The notes beneath the pieces are model-generated. The model did no database searches. It saw nothing but the letters and a program-made list of their open reading frames with translations, and was not told where the DNA came from. Position numbers and translations under genes: made by a program. A stretch of DNA of 62,845 nt from an uncultured Desulfobacula sp. (lineage in GTDB: Bacteria > Desulfobacterota > Desulfobacteria > Desulfobacterales > Desulfobacteraceae): assembly GCA_964457495.1 (NCBI GenBank), contig CAYWGN010000003.1:1-62845 (forward strand), in the 5' to 3' direction. Below, piece after piece: positions 50,014 through 59,996 of the stretch. Position 1 is the stretch's first letter; every line of letters begins with the position of its first letter.

Positions 50014-50029
50014 TTCAAGACCTGTACCA
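50014..50029 (-). promoter_or_regulatory. variant sigma-54 promoter of the HMA/DUF2318/ABC operon
   Basis: TGGTACAGGTCTTGAA (GG-N10-GA); palindrome TGTAGGATAGTCTACA at 50149-50164 is a candidate activator site. Confidence 0.6.
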
Positions 50030-50174
50030 AAGATTCAATTTAATTGGGTTAAATGCTAACAATCTGAAAAGACAGGGAAATTATTTGATTATGAACAAGG
50101 TGGGTTCAACAACAAAGGAAAGAAATTACAGACTATTCCACATATAGGTGTAGGATAGTCTACAAATTTATATT

Positions 50175-51515
50175 TTATATTTTATATTTTTCCAGCCGGT
50201 ATAAAAGAACGTGCCTGGGTATTTTTAACAATCTGGCAGCTTCTGAACGATTTTGCCCGGCCTTTTCAAGGGCTTTAATAATATAACTTTTTTCAATATC
50301 CTTCAGGGCAATCCCTTCATCTGGAATAACAGGCCTAAGGGTTGCAGCAGATGATTCATGAACAAGCAAATGAAGATCTTCGGGTTCAATCACCGTCTTT
50401 TTTCTTAAAATAATACATCGTTCGATTATATTCTGCATTTCTCTTATATTCCCGGGCCATTGATAGGCTTTTAATACCTCCTGGGCTTGCTGAGAGAAAA
50501 AAACATCCCGGGGTGCATCAAACTTTTTTAAGAAATGCGTTACCAGGGCAGGGATATCTTCCGTCCGCTCCCTTAACGGCGGGATAAAGAGAGGAATCAC
50601 ACTCAACCTATAATACAAATCCTCTCTGAAGTTCCCTTGTGCAATCCTTTTTTGAAGGTCCAGGTTTGTGGCAGCAACAATCCTGATATCAACACTCTTT
50701 GCTCTTTCAGCTCCCACTGGCTGAACTTCTTTTTCCTGGATTGCCCGCAATAATTTGACCTGGGTATCCGTAGCCAGTTCTCCAATCTCATCTAAAAAAA
50801 GTGTCCCGCCCGAGGCGGTTTGGAAATGTCCTTTCCTGTCTTTTATGGCACCGGTAAAAGATCCTTTTACATGACCAAAAAGCTCACTTTCTAGCAATCC
50901 TGTTGGAATGGCTGCACAATTTACGGCAACCATGGGGCCATTACTTCTGGGACTGTTCTGATGAATCAATCGTGCCAGGACTTCTTTGCCCGTACCTGAT
51001 TCACCCGTAATTAAAACCGTTGCCTCACTGTTTGCAGCCCTGGATGCTGTTTCCAGCAGTTCTTTCATGACAGAGCTTGCAGACACAATGCCTTTGGTAC
51101 CGGTAAGACGATTGATTTCACTTGCCATCAGCTTTGTTTTAGACCGTAATCTCCTAAGTTCCAATGCTTTTTTACAGGATAAAATCAGGGTATCCCGATC
51201 AAAGGGCTTGGTGATAAAATTAAAAGCCCCTTTGTTCATGGCCTGGACAGCCATTTCAATGGAGCCGAATGCCGTCATTATAATCACCGGGATATCTGGG
51301 GCATCTTTTTTTATCTTTGCCAGGATATCAAGCCCGTTCATATCCCCTAGTTTAACATCTGTCACCACAAGATCCGGAGCTGTTGTTGCAAAATATTCAA
51401 GACCCTGTGCCCCGGACGATGCTGTTACAACATTAAATCCTTTTGCGCTCAGATTGTATTGGGTAACCCGTCTTAAACTTGGATCATCATCAATCAATAA
51501 TATTATATCAGACAT
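50175..51515 (-). CDS. sigma-54-dependent response regulator (NtrC family)
   Basis: Receiver (IDDD, TD), [20 protein letters not shown] and a Fis-type HTH. Confidence 0.93.
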   Translation of the reverse strand: MSDIILLIDDDPSLRRVTQYNLSAKGFNVVTASSGAQGLEYFATTAPDLVVTDVKLGDMNGLDILAKIKKDAPDIPVIIMTAFGSIEMAVQAMNKGAFNFITKPFDRDTLILSCKKALELRRLRSKTKLMASEINRLTGTKGIVSASSVMKELLETASRAANSEATVLITGESGTGKEVLARLIHQNSPRSNGPMVAVNCAAIPTGLLESELFGHVKGSFTGAIKDRKGHFQTASGGTLFLDEIGELATDTQVKLLRAIQEKEVQPVGAERAKSVDIRIVAATNLDLQKRIAQGNFREDLYYRLSVIPLFIPPLRERTEDIPALVTHFLKKFDAPRDVFFSQQAQEVLKAYQWPGNIREMQNIIERCIILRKKTVIEPEDLHLLVHESSAATLRPVIPDEGIALKDIEKSYIIKALEKAGQNRSEAARLLKIPRHVLLYRLEKYKI

Positions 51516-51577
51516 ATTGGATACTCTCATTAGTTAGTGTTTGGTCAGGTACTATTTAGTGCCTGACCGAAAACCCC

Positions 51578-51703
51578 GTGTTTGGGCGAAAAGTTGCCCA
51601 TATACAAGGCGCAAAAAATCTTGAAGCCGGAGTGTACTACTGTACATGAGGATTTCAGGATTTTGCAGCAACGCAGTAGATGGGTGAATTTTCGTTCAAA
51701 CAC
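51578..51703. repeat. Palindromic intergenic repeat (REP/MITE-like), copy 2
   Basis: GTGTTTGGGCGAAAA..GCCCATATACAAGGCGCA...GCAACGCAGTAGATGGG..TTTTCGTTCAAACAC; a second hairpin lies just upstream at about 51540-51572. Confidence 0.75.
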
Positions 51704-52812
51704 TAGTTATAAATTTTTGCAGGCAAATATATTGTAAACGCCGCACCCCCAAAGGTTGATTCTCCAATAACTATTTTTCCCCCCAGGCTTTCAACTATCT
51801 TTTTTGAAATGGAAAGCCCAAGTCCTGTTCCATCTTCCTTGAATGTCACAAAGGAGGCAAACACTTCTTTGGTCAAATTTTTATCAATACCAGGTCCATC
51901 ATCTGAAATACGGATAAAATACCCTTGTTCGTGCTTGCCGGATTCAATGATGATCCTGCCTTTTTTTTCAACGGCATCAATGGCATTGATAATAATATTC
52001 ATCAAGACTTGAATCATGGCGGTTTCGTCTGTCATAAATCCATTATTGACAGGTCCCGACTGGATAGACACCTGGATGGATTTTTCTTTGAGTCCTGCTT
52101 CAAGTAGCAGGACCACCCGGTTAATAATTTTCTCAATTGATTCCTGCCGGCCTTTGTCACGATTCTGCTGCCCTCTGCAATATTTTAAAACATCTTCAAC
52201 TGAATGATTCAGCCTTGAAATTTCAGAACGCATGATTTCTATAAATTCATATTTGGGATGGCCCTCTGATACCTCATCAGCAAGAATTTCAGCCGCTCCT
52301 TTTATGGATGCCAGAGGATTCTTTATTTCATGGGCAAGGGAAGCAGACACATGGCCCAATAAGGAAAGCTTCTGGCTTTGCCCCAGTTGTTTTTCAGCTT
52401 CTACAAGCAGGGAAGCCTGTTCATGAAGCCGTTTATATGATCCAGCCAGTTTTTCCGAAAGCGTTTTATATTTTTCCCTTAATTTATTTTCCCTGCTGGA
52501 AATAAGCCCGATCACAACCCCTGCAGCAAGATAAAATAATATTTCAGATAATTCGCTGTAGTAGGCTTGGGGCCCACTTGCCCAGAACATGAAAAGATGA
52601 GGGACAAATGCCAGGCAGGACAGAACAGCAAGGCAAATCCCACCCCATACGCCGTAAAGGATAGCTCCGATGGCAATAGGGAAATAACTGAGCCTCCTGT
52701 AAGTGTCATGGTAAAAAATCATGTGTCCCGGAGTAATTGAGTGAAGAACACCAATCGCCACAACAGAGGCCAACAGCAATAAAAATAAAATAATTTTCGT
52801 ATTTGGTTTCAT
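51703..52812 (-). CDS. membrane sensor histidine kinase
   Basis: N-terminal TM segments with His residues; AHEIKNPL, NAIDA, DDGPG and GTGLGL. Confidence 0.92.
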   Translation of the reverse strand: MKPNTKIILFLLLLASVVAIGVLHSITPGHMIFYHDTYRRLSYFPIAIGAILYGVWGGICLAVLSCLAFVPHLFMFWASGPQAYYSELSEILFYLAAGVVIGLISSRENKLREKYKTLSEKLAGSYKRLHEQASLLVEAEKQLGQSQKLSLLGHVSASLAHEIKNPLASIKGAAEILADEVSEGHPKYEFIEIMRSEISRLNHSVEDVLKYCRGQQNRDKGRQESIEKIINRVVLLLEAGLKEKSIQVSIQSGPVNNGFMTDETAMIQVLMNIIINAIDAVEKKGRIIIESGKHEQGYFIRISDDGPGIDKNLTKEVFASFVTFKEDGTGLGLSISKKIVESLGGKIVIGESTFGGAAFTIYLPAKIYN

Positions 52813-53017
52813 AGCACATCTTTGAAGGCTTAAAACAATGATATCTTTTTTGTCTACACTATCATAACCACATCAAACACTGTTTTGTATAAAAAGACAA
52901 TAGCATTTCTGAAACACTGCTATTTTATTCTCAGCTGTTAAAATAACTGGAATTAAAACCATAAGACTGTTAAAAAGAAGTTATTAAATTAATATCCATG
53001 CGCAAAGGAGATAGATT

Positions 53018-53596
53018 ATGAAATTAATTCCTTTTAAACTAACTTTGTTCTTTACGATTCTTTTATTATTTATTTCAAGTAATGCCATAGCAGACAAATA
53101 CTCAGACACCATTGACGTGTTTATAAAATCTGATGCTGTTAAGCCTTTTTTTATGGAAGCCTATGGATATGCGGTTTTTCCCAGGGTTGGAAAAGGTGGC
53201 ATTGTTTTAGGCGGCGCCTATGGATCAGGCCGGGTTTACAAACAAAGAGCCATTTCCGGAACGGCCACGCTTATGAAAGTCAGTATTGGATTTCAACTGG
53301 GCGGGCAGGCCTTCAGCGAAATTATTTTCTTCCAGGACAAACGAGCCTATGATGAGTTTACAAGCGAAAGCTTTGAATTTGACGGATCAGTGTCAGCCGT
53401 ATTCATCACAGTGGCTGCCCAGGCACAGGCAAGCACCCAGGGCAGTAGCGCAGGAGCAAGCCTGGGTCCTGCCACTGGCACACAGGCCGAGACAAAATAC
53501 ACCAGTGGAATGGCGATATTTATCCACACCCTTGGCGGGTTGATGTATGAAATGTCCGTTGGCGGACAAAAATTCTCATTTACACCCGTAAACTAA
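53018..53596 (+). CDS. YSC84/SYLF lipid-binding domain protein
   Basis: Signal peptide; YAVFP.VGKGG..LGGAYG, GFQLGGQ and GGLMYE.SVGGQKF. Confidence 0.82.
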   Translation: MKLIPFKLTLFFTILLLFISSNAIADKYSDTIDVFIKSDAVKPFFMEAYGYAVFPRVGKGGIVLGGAYGSGRVYKQRAISGTATLMKVSIGFQLGGQAFSEIIFFQDKRAYDEFTSESFEFDGSVSAVFITVAAQAQASTQGSSAGASLGPATGTQAETKYTSGMAIFIHTLGGLMYEMSVGGQKFSFTPVN

Positions 53597-53653
53597 GCTC
53601 AGACATGTTATTGAGCAGCTCTGACAGTAGAGGACTATAACAAGGTGACTTAT

Positions 53654-54514
53654 ATGGACAAATTAAAACAAAAAAAACTTTTAAGCTTTTTTATTTTTTT
53701 CTTATCTTTGTTTGTCAGCCAGACTGTTTATGGAAAGGCTGATTTAACTTTGATCAGGCAAAAAAATCTTGATGTTGCGCCCCTGGATATTGCCTCATCC
53801 GAGGATGGAAGTATGATCTTTATTCTGTCTTTGGGAGAGTTGATCATATATTCATCAAAAACTGACCAGATTATCAACCGATCTGCTCTTGATAACACCT
53901 ATGATAAAATAACTTATTCTGAAAAAAATAAAACCCTTATTCTTACAAGCAAGTCATCCAAATCACTGAAAATTATCCATGTTGAGCAGGTACATGACAT
54001 CTCTTTATCCGATCTGCCCTTTAAAGGACCTTTTGATGCGCCAGTAACCCTTGCAATCTTTGATGATTACCAGTGACCATATTGTGCTCGCCTAGAGCCT
54101 TTTTTCCGGCAGTTGTCGGACAAGTATAAAGACCAGTTAAAAATTGTAATTAAACATTTCCCCCTTGAGAACCATACCTTTGCCCGCAAGGCTTCCCAGG
54201 CAAGCCTTGCAGCTCATCAACAGGGAAAATTCTGGGAGTTTCACGAAAAATTGTTTGAAAATCATGACTCTATCAGCGATGATAAAATTGAACAGATCGC
54301 AATAGAACTAAAGCTTGATATGGATAAATTCCATGCTGATATAAATCTGCCGGATATTCAGCGCATCATTGACAGAGATATCCAGAATGGTAAAGAAATA
54401 GGGATTGCCGGAACCCCGACAATGTTTATAAATGGGAAACAGATAAATCCCAGAACCTTTGATGACTTTATAAAAAAAATTGAGTCTGAGTTGAAAAAGA
54501 ATAATAGCGAATAG
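53654..54514 (+). CDS. DsbA/thioredoxin-fold protein, probable selenoprotein (UxxC)
   Basis: Two track ORFs are in frame across TGA 54074-54076: KGPFDAPVTLAIFDDYQ-U-PYCARLEP..KHFPL..GKFWEFH..GTPT. Confidence 0.85.
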
Positions 54515-54530
54515 CCTATGGTTTAAAAAA

Positions 54531-56003
54531 TCAGTTTGAAATTTTTGGCAGCCGACCTCTGATCAGGCGTAATCTGAAAATCGACCCCTCTCCTTTTTTT
54601 GAGAGTACGCTGATATTACCGCCATGCTCCTGGATTATCTTTTGGGTCATTAAAAGTCCAAGGCCAGTACCTTCCAAGCCTTTGGTAGTAAAAAATTTAC
54701 TGAACAGCCTTTGCCTGTGATCTTTGTCGATCCCACATCCATTGTCTTTGACTTCGATATAAATGCTGCCTTCTTCCTCATATACTGTAACCCAGATTTT
54801 TTTGTCCCTTTCTTTGTCCACATCGACAAAGGCATCAATGGCATTGCCCACAAGGTTTGTCACACATTCATGTATTTTTTCATAATCAAGGGGAGCCAAT
54901 GCAAGATGCTCATCAAGCTGCAGTTTAATCTTAATATTATTTTTTGAACCTTTAGCCGCAAAAGATTCAACCACTTCGGTTACAATATCTGCGGGATTAC
55001 TCAAAGTCGGTATTATGGCCCTGAACCTGGAATAATTTAAGAATGCTTTTGAGAACAGCCGGATACGATCAATATTTCTGGCCAGAGTTTCAATCCCCTT
55101 ATGAACTCTTTTGATGTCTCCTTTTCCTATTCCGGATTTGAGAAAATACATTCCCCCATCCAGTGCATTGATCAGGTTCTTAATCCCGTGAGCCAGTCCT
55201 GCAATGGTCTGCCCTACAATGGCCATGCGCTCAGCTTCGATTTTTTCTTTTTCAAGCTTTTTCACCTGACTGATGTCGTGAACTGAAAATGCCATACCGA
55301 TTATTTTTTTGCCATCCCGTAGTTTATTCCCGATTAAACGGCCATAAAACTTGTCTCCATTGCTCCGTTTTAGTTCTGCCTCAGGCAGATAGACATGCCC
55401 CATTCCCTCAGACACCTGGGCAAGAAAACCTTTGGGAAGCATAGTACTGATATCCTCCTGGGAAACAATCTGGTCCTGATCAATATTAAACAGGCTTCTG
55501 GCAGCTGAATTAAATACTTCCACCTTGCCCCTTTTGCTGATCCCTACGATACCGTCCATGGATGTATTAATCAATGATTCAAGATAATTATGGGTGGCTT
55601 CCAGTCTATTTTGCAGTTTTACGGTCCTGGAAATATCCACAGCCATCTCCATGACCAGATCATATTTCTCATCTTCATTTTTCAATGGAATGGTAATGAC
55701 GTGCATATTCAAGATTCTCCCATCCGTCAGTTTCCAGACATGTTGACCCGTATGCTGCATCCCATCTTCAAAAGTTTGCCTTGCTGTACATTCGACGCAT
55801 TTTTCTTTTCTGCCTTTTAGTACTGAATAACAATATTCCCCTTTAAGGCTTTCAAACATGTCTTGGGCCCGCTTATTGGCCCTGACGATTTTAAAATCCC
55901 TGTCAATGATCATGACATTGCAGGGTACTTGCTCAAATAAAAGCTTATATTCTTCTTCCGTCTTTTTGAGCCGGGTTTTCAAATCTTTTGCAGGTTCTTT
56001 CAT
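54531..56003 (-). CDS. PAS-domain cytoplasmic histidine kinase
   Basis: Two PAS domains; AHGIKN, NAIDA, DNGCG and GTGLGL. Confidence 0.9.
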   Translation of the reverse strand: MKEPAKDLKTRLKKTEEEYKLLFEQVPCNVMIIDRDFKIVRANKRAQDMFESLKGEYCYSVLKGRKEKCVECTARQTFEDGMQHTGQHVWKLTDGRILNMHVITIPLKNEDEKYDLVMEMAVDISRTVKLQNRLEATHNYLESLINTSMDGIVGISKRGKVEVFNSAARSLFNIDQDQIVSQEDISTMLPKGFLAQVSEGMGHVYLPEAELKRSNGDKFYGRLIGNKLRDGKKIIGMAFSVHDISQVKKLEKEKIEAERMAIVGQTIAGLAHGIKNLINALDGGMYFLKSGIGKGDIKRVHKGIETLARNIDRIRLFSKAFLNYSRFRAIIPTLSNPADIVTEVVESFAAKGSKNNIKIKLQLDEHLALAPLDYEKIHECVTNLVGNAIDAFVDVDKERDKKIWVTVYEEEGSIYIEVKDNGCGIDKDHRQRLFSKFFTTKGLEGTGLGLLMTQKIIQEHGGNISVLSKKGEGSIFRLRLIRGRLPKISN

Positions 56004-56157
56004 ATCTATTTCCTTTTCCCACGGACACTGATTTAAATTGAGTTGAAAATAAAAATATTTAAAAAACGATTTGATTTCAGGACGTTATTTTTTAATTTTT
56101 AAAATTGAATTATTTTTATATTTTCCCTCTTGACAAGATTTTTATTTTTTTTTAATC

Positions 56158-56174
56158 TATACCAAATTGATATA
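56158..56174. promoter_or_regulatory. candidate Rrf2 operator
   Basis: TATACCAAATTGATATA, similar to 59785-59801; TTGACA at about 56130. Confidence 0.55.
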
Positions 56175-56226
56175 GATTATATTAGTAGAGAATACAAACA
56201 TTATAATTATTTTACTTTTTACCATT

Positions 56227-56673
56227 ATGAAACTTGCAACTCAAGTCAGATATGGAACCAGAATGTTACTTGACCTTGCCATGCACCAGAGCAAAGGAAT
56301 GACACAGATGGGTGACATTGCATCCCGCCAGAACATCTCCATTAAATATCTTGAACAGATTATTATGCCAATTAAAAACGCAGGATTTGTAATAAGCAAA
56401 CGAGGGCCAAAAGGAGGGCATAGTCTGGCCAAAAGCCCGGATCAAATTACATTAGCCCAGATTATCCGTGTATTTGAAAAAGCGCGCGCGCCCAAGGAAC
56501 CCTTTGATGACACTTTAAATTATTCAGAACATCAGGATTCTCTTATACAAGAGGCTTGGGATGAAGCCATTGAAGCGTTTTACTCCCGACTGGAAAAAGT
56601 CACCCTTGCAGACCTGTCCATCGGGACAACCAAAAAACTTTGGAAAGGTTCGGATTTAGTAATTTTTACGTGA
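56227..56673 (+). CDS. Rrf2 family regulator lacking Fe-S cysteines
   Basis: RYGTR, YLEQI and SKRGPKGG; no Cys. Confidence 0.9.
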   Translation: MKLATQVRYGTRMLLDLAMHQSKGMTQMGDIASRQNISIKYLEQIIMPIKNAGFVISKRGPKGGHSLAKSPDQITLAQIIRVFEKARAPKEPFDDTLNYSEHQDSLIQEAWDEAIEAFYSRLEKVTLADLSIGTTKKLWKGSDLVIFT

Positions 56674-56748
56674 TGGAAAATATAAAGGACAATTATTATT
56701 AATTTTTTAACTTTTTTGACAATTTTAAATTTTTAAAAGGAGAGGGAA

Positions 56749-57996
56749 ATGAAAAAGATCGTAATACTAGGATCTGGTGCCGGCGGAACCATGTGTGCTG
56801 CTAAACTGAAAAGAGAGCTGGGTCGGGACTGGGAAATCACAATTATTGATAATGATGAAATGCATCATTATCAACCCGGATGGCTGTTTATTCCATTTGG
56901 AATTTATACTGCAGAAGACTGTGAGAAACCCAAGCGCGATTTTATTCCTCCTGGTGTGAGTTTTGTACTGGATGAAGTTGTGGGCGTGAATCCTGACAAA
57001 AGAGAAGTTGAATGCCAAAAAGGCAAATATAACTATGACTATCTGATCGTTGCAACGGGCTGCCATCCTGTGCCCGAGGAAGTGGAAGGTCTTGAAAACT
57101 GGAAACCCGATTCAAAATCCAATGAGCATACCTTTTTCACCCAGGAAAGTGCAGTGGCCCTGTATAAGAGAATGAAATACTTTGACAAAGGCAAGATGAT
57201 CTTCAACATCGCTGAAATGCCCCATAAATGCCCTGTTGTTCCAATGGAATTCATCTTTATGGCAGACTGGTTCTTTGCTAAAAATGGCTGCAGGGACAAT
57301 ATTGAAATCGAATTTGTTACCCCTAACACGGGTATTTTTACAAAACCCATAGCAACTAAGGTTATGACTGCCACGGCTGAAGAAAAAGAAATCCTGGTGA
57401 CCCCGAACTTTGACCTTTCAACCGTGAATACCCAGGAAAAATATATTGAGTCGGCAAGAGGCGACAAGATAGATTATGATCTTTTTATCTCCACCATGCC
57501 GAACCTGGGTGCGGATTACATTGAAAACTCAGGAATGGGAGATGGTATGGGGTATGTGCTGACAGATCATCATACGCTCCAGGCAGAAAAGTATGAAAAC
57601 ATTTATGTTGTCGGTGATGCAACCAATGTTCCAACCTCAAAGGCGGGTTCTGTTGCACATTATGAGGCTGATATTATTGTTGAAAACATACTTCTTGAAA
57701 TCGATGGCAAAGAGCCAAAACCATCTTTTGACGGTCATTCAACCTGTTTCATCGTATCCGGCTATGACAAAGCCTTTCTGTTTGACTTTAACTACAAAAC
57801 AGAGCCGCTTCCGGGTAAATTTCCGTTCCCGGGCATCGGGCCCTTTGAGCTTGTAGGTGAAAGCAATATGAATTACTGGGGCAAGATGATGTTTAAATGG
57901 GTATACTGGAACCTTCTTTTGTCCGGACAAGACATGCCGCTTGAGCCTCAGATGGCTATGGCTGGAAAACATTGGCCCAAAGTTGAAACAGAATAG
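56749..57996 (+). CDS. sqr: sulfide:quinone oxidoreductase family flavoprotein (type III-like)
   Basis: GSGAGG, HHYQPG, KCPVVPME, GDAT, SKAGS and FDGHSTCF motifs. Confidence 0.82.
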   Translation: MKKIVILGSGAGGTMCAAKLKRELGRDWEITIIDNDEMHHYQPGWLFIPFGIYTAEDCEKPKRDFIPPGVSFVLDEVVGVNPDKREVECQKGKYNYDYLIVATGCHPVPEEVEGLENWKPDSKSNEHTFFTQESAVALYKRMKYFDKGKMIFNIAEMPHKCPVVPMEFIFMADWFFAKNGCRDNIEIEFVTPNTGIFTKPIATKVMTATAEEKEILVTPNFDLSTVNTQEKYIESARGDKIDYDLFISTMPNLGADYIENSGMGDGMGYVLTDHHTLQAEKYENIYVVGDATNVPTSKAGSVAHYEADIIVENILLEIDGKEPKPSFDGHSTCFIVSGYDKAFLFDFNYKTEPLPGKFPFPGIGPFELVGESNMNYWGKMMFKWVYWNLLLSGQDMPLEPQMAMAGKHWPKVETE

Positions 57997-58005
57997 GAGG
58001 GTGAC

Positions 58006-58665
58006 ATGACAAATGAAGAGTTGATACTCGAAAAGCTTGAACGTCTTGAAACCCAGATACAGCCTTTGATTAAAACCAGCGAAAAATTTGCGGAACTCAA
58101 AAAAGATTTGATTCCCATTGGCAACCATGCCACTGCTCTATTAATCAAGGAGTTAACTGAAGTGGAAGCCGGTTTCCAGCTTGAAAATTTTTTGTCCCTG
58201 ACAAAAGAGGCCATGAGAAATACTGAAAACTTTATATTTGCCTTAAAACAGATGGCCAGTATTATAGAGTTTGTAAAAGACCTTGAACCCCTTCTTAAGT
58301 CGGCTGTTCCCCAGATTATTCATTATTTGGATGAACTTGAGCAAAAAGGTGTATTCAGGATTATAAAGTCTACTATTGATCTGCGTACCAAGATTGCTGC
58401 CACCTATACTGCTGAAGATATTGAAGTCATGGGCGACGGTCTTGTTGCGGTTCTGGGCCTGGCAAAGAGTCTTTCAAATCCCAAAGCAATTGCCCTGCTG
58501 GAAAAACTGTCCCAGATACCGTCCAATGTTGAACTTGAAAATGCAAAAAGTATTGGTGTTTTCGGACTTGCATCTTCTGGATTTAACCCTGAAATCAGCA
58601 AAGGGCTTGGAGTTCTCATGGAATTGACAAAAGCCATGGGAAAGATCGGTCCGGACAATGATTAA
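58006..58665 (+). CDS. DUF1641 family protein
   Basis: Helical protein ending IGVFGL....NPEISKGLG..KAMG; typical Sqr partner. Confidence 0.72.
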   Translation: MTNEELILEKLERLETQIQPLIKTSEKFAELKKDLIPIGNHATALLIKELTEVEAGFQLENFLSLTKEAMRNTENFIFALKQMASIIEFVKDLEPLLKSAVPQIIHYLDELEQKGVFRIIKSTIDLRTKIAATYTAEDIEVMGDGLVAVLGLAKSLSNPKAIALLEKLSQIPSNVELENAKSIGVFGLASSGFNPEISKGLGVLMELTKAMGKIGPDND

Positions 58666-58725
58666 TAAAATTGGGATTGAAAAGCAGAGGGATTGAGTAA
58701 CCATTAAATAGAAGAGGAAGAATCT

Positions 58726-59253
58726 ATGGTAAAAGCTTCTGAAAAAAAAATACTTGTAGTGGATGATGAGCCTGATATAAGAAATTTTCTAACCACTTGT
58801 ATTCAGGATGCCGGGTTCATGGTAGATTCAGCTGTTGACGGGCAGGATGCGCTTGAAAAGATTGAAAAGGAAATACCGGACCTGATGACCCTTGATATGG
58901 TCATGCCAAGAAAATCCGGGATTGAACTGATTCGGACATTAAGAAAGAATGACAAATGGTCCAAGCTGCCTATCATTGTTATTACAGCCCATGCCAGAAA
59001 TGAATTTGCAAGTGAAGACATAAAAAGCTTCAATGCCTTCACATCCGGGCTTAAACCAAGACGGACAATAGAAAAACCAGTTACTCCCGAAATTCTGGTA
59101 AATACCATTTGTCAGATCCTTGAGGTTGAGCCTGAAACCGATATTCCCAGAACAAAAGGACTTTCATCTGATCAGGAAAACCTTGTCAAGATGATACAAA
59201 ACAGTGATTCAAAAATACTTCAGCAGATTAAAAACATTCTCGGGGCTGATTAA
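58726..59253 (+). CDS. response regulator receiver protein
   Basis: VVDDEPD, LDMVMPRKSG, ITA and KP motifs. Confidence 0.9.
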   Translation: MVKASEKKILVVDDEPDIRNFLTTCIQDAGFMVDSAVDGQDALEKIEKEIPDLMTLDMVMPRKSGIELIRTLRKNDKWSKLPIIVITAHARNEFASEDIKSFNAFTSGLKPRRTIEKPVTPEILVNTICQILEVEPETDIPRTKGLSSDQENLVKMIQNSDSKILQQIKNILGAD

Positions 59254-59272
59254 ATCCATCTGTTACACCCTG

Positions 59273-59309
59273 ATGCATGCCGCTGACAATAGTTGTCAGT
59301 GGCGTGCAT
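59273..59309. terminator. Hairpin between convergent genes
   Basis: ATGCATGCCGCTGACAA-TAG-TTGTCAGTGGCGTGCAT. Confidence 0.7.
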
Positions 59310-59333
59310 TCCTCTTGTTGCATGAACAATGGA

Positions 59334-59771
59334 TTACAGGGACGGGCAGGCAGCCGGGTTATTTTTACCATTGTTGTGTATCAAATCGCCAATACTGATA
59401 CCATCAAGCTTTTCATATAAAACCGATGTGGCATCATGCCAGGCATTCCGGACAAGGCAGTCTGCAGCCAGTTCACACTTTTCAGGAAAGCTTACACATT
59501 CCACCAGGTCTGTCTGTCCTTCAAAAAGCCGGACAATCTGACCAAGAGATATTTGGCTCGGCTCTTTTACCAGAAGATGTCCACCTTTAGGACCCCGCAC
59601 ACTATTTACAATACCAGCTTTCTTTAAAGTGAGCAAAATCTGTTCAAGGTATTTTGCCGGTATTTTTTGTTTGGAAGATATTTTACTAACCTGAATGGCA
59701 CCCTGATCTGCCCGCAATGCAAGTTCAATCAAGATCCTTGTTCCATAGCGTGTTTTTGTTGAAAGCTTCAT
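59334..59771 (-). CDS. Rrf2 family regulator with three Cys (IscR-like)
   Basis: RYGTR, SVRGPKGG and C-X6-C-X5-C. Confidence 0.9.
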   Translation of the reverse strand: MKLSTKTRYGTRILIELALRADQGAIQVSKISSKQKIPAKYLEQILLTLKKAGIVNSVRGPKGGHLLVKEPSQISLGQIVRLFEGQTDLVECVSFPEKCELAADCLVRNAWHDATSVLYEKLDGISIGDLIHNNGKNNPAACPSL

Positions 59772-59784
59772 TGAGTTCCTTTGT

Positions 59785-59816
59785 TATACTAAGTTAGTAT
59801 ACATAATTTTGGTATA
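59785..59816. promoter_or_regulatory. candidate Rrf2 operator(s)
   Basis: TATACTAAGTTAGTATA overlapping TATACATAATTTTGGTATA just upstream of rrf2. Confidence 0.6.
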
Positions 59817-59996
59817 CATTAAAAGCCTTGTTTTTATATTGTATTTTTATACTACAAAGTGATATAAAAACCTTAGATTTAGAATTTATTTTTATTAACT
59901 CAACTTTTTTAAATTGGCAGATTTAATGACACCGCATACAAAAGTCTATGATCGAAAAGTGAGTTAATAATTTAATTATTTTTTAGGAGAATATGA

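Noticed and set aside
54113-54514. Separate 133-aa ORF, and 53645..54076 as its own gene
   Set aside because: In frame across a UGA at the active-site position; better explained as one gene.
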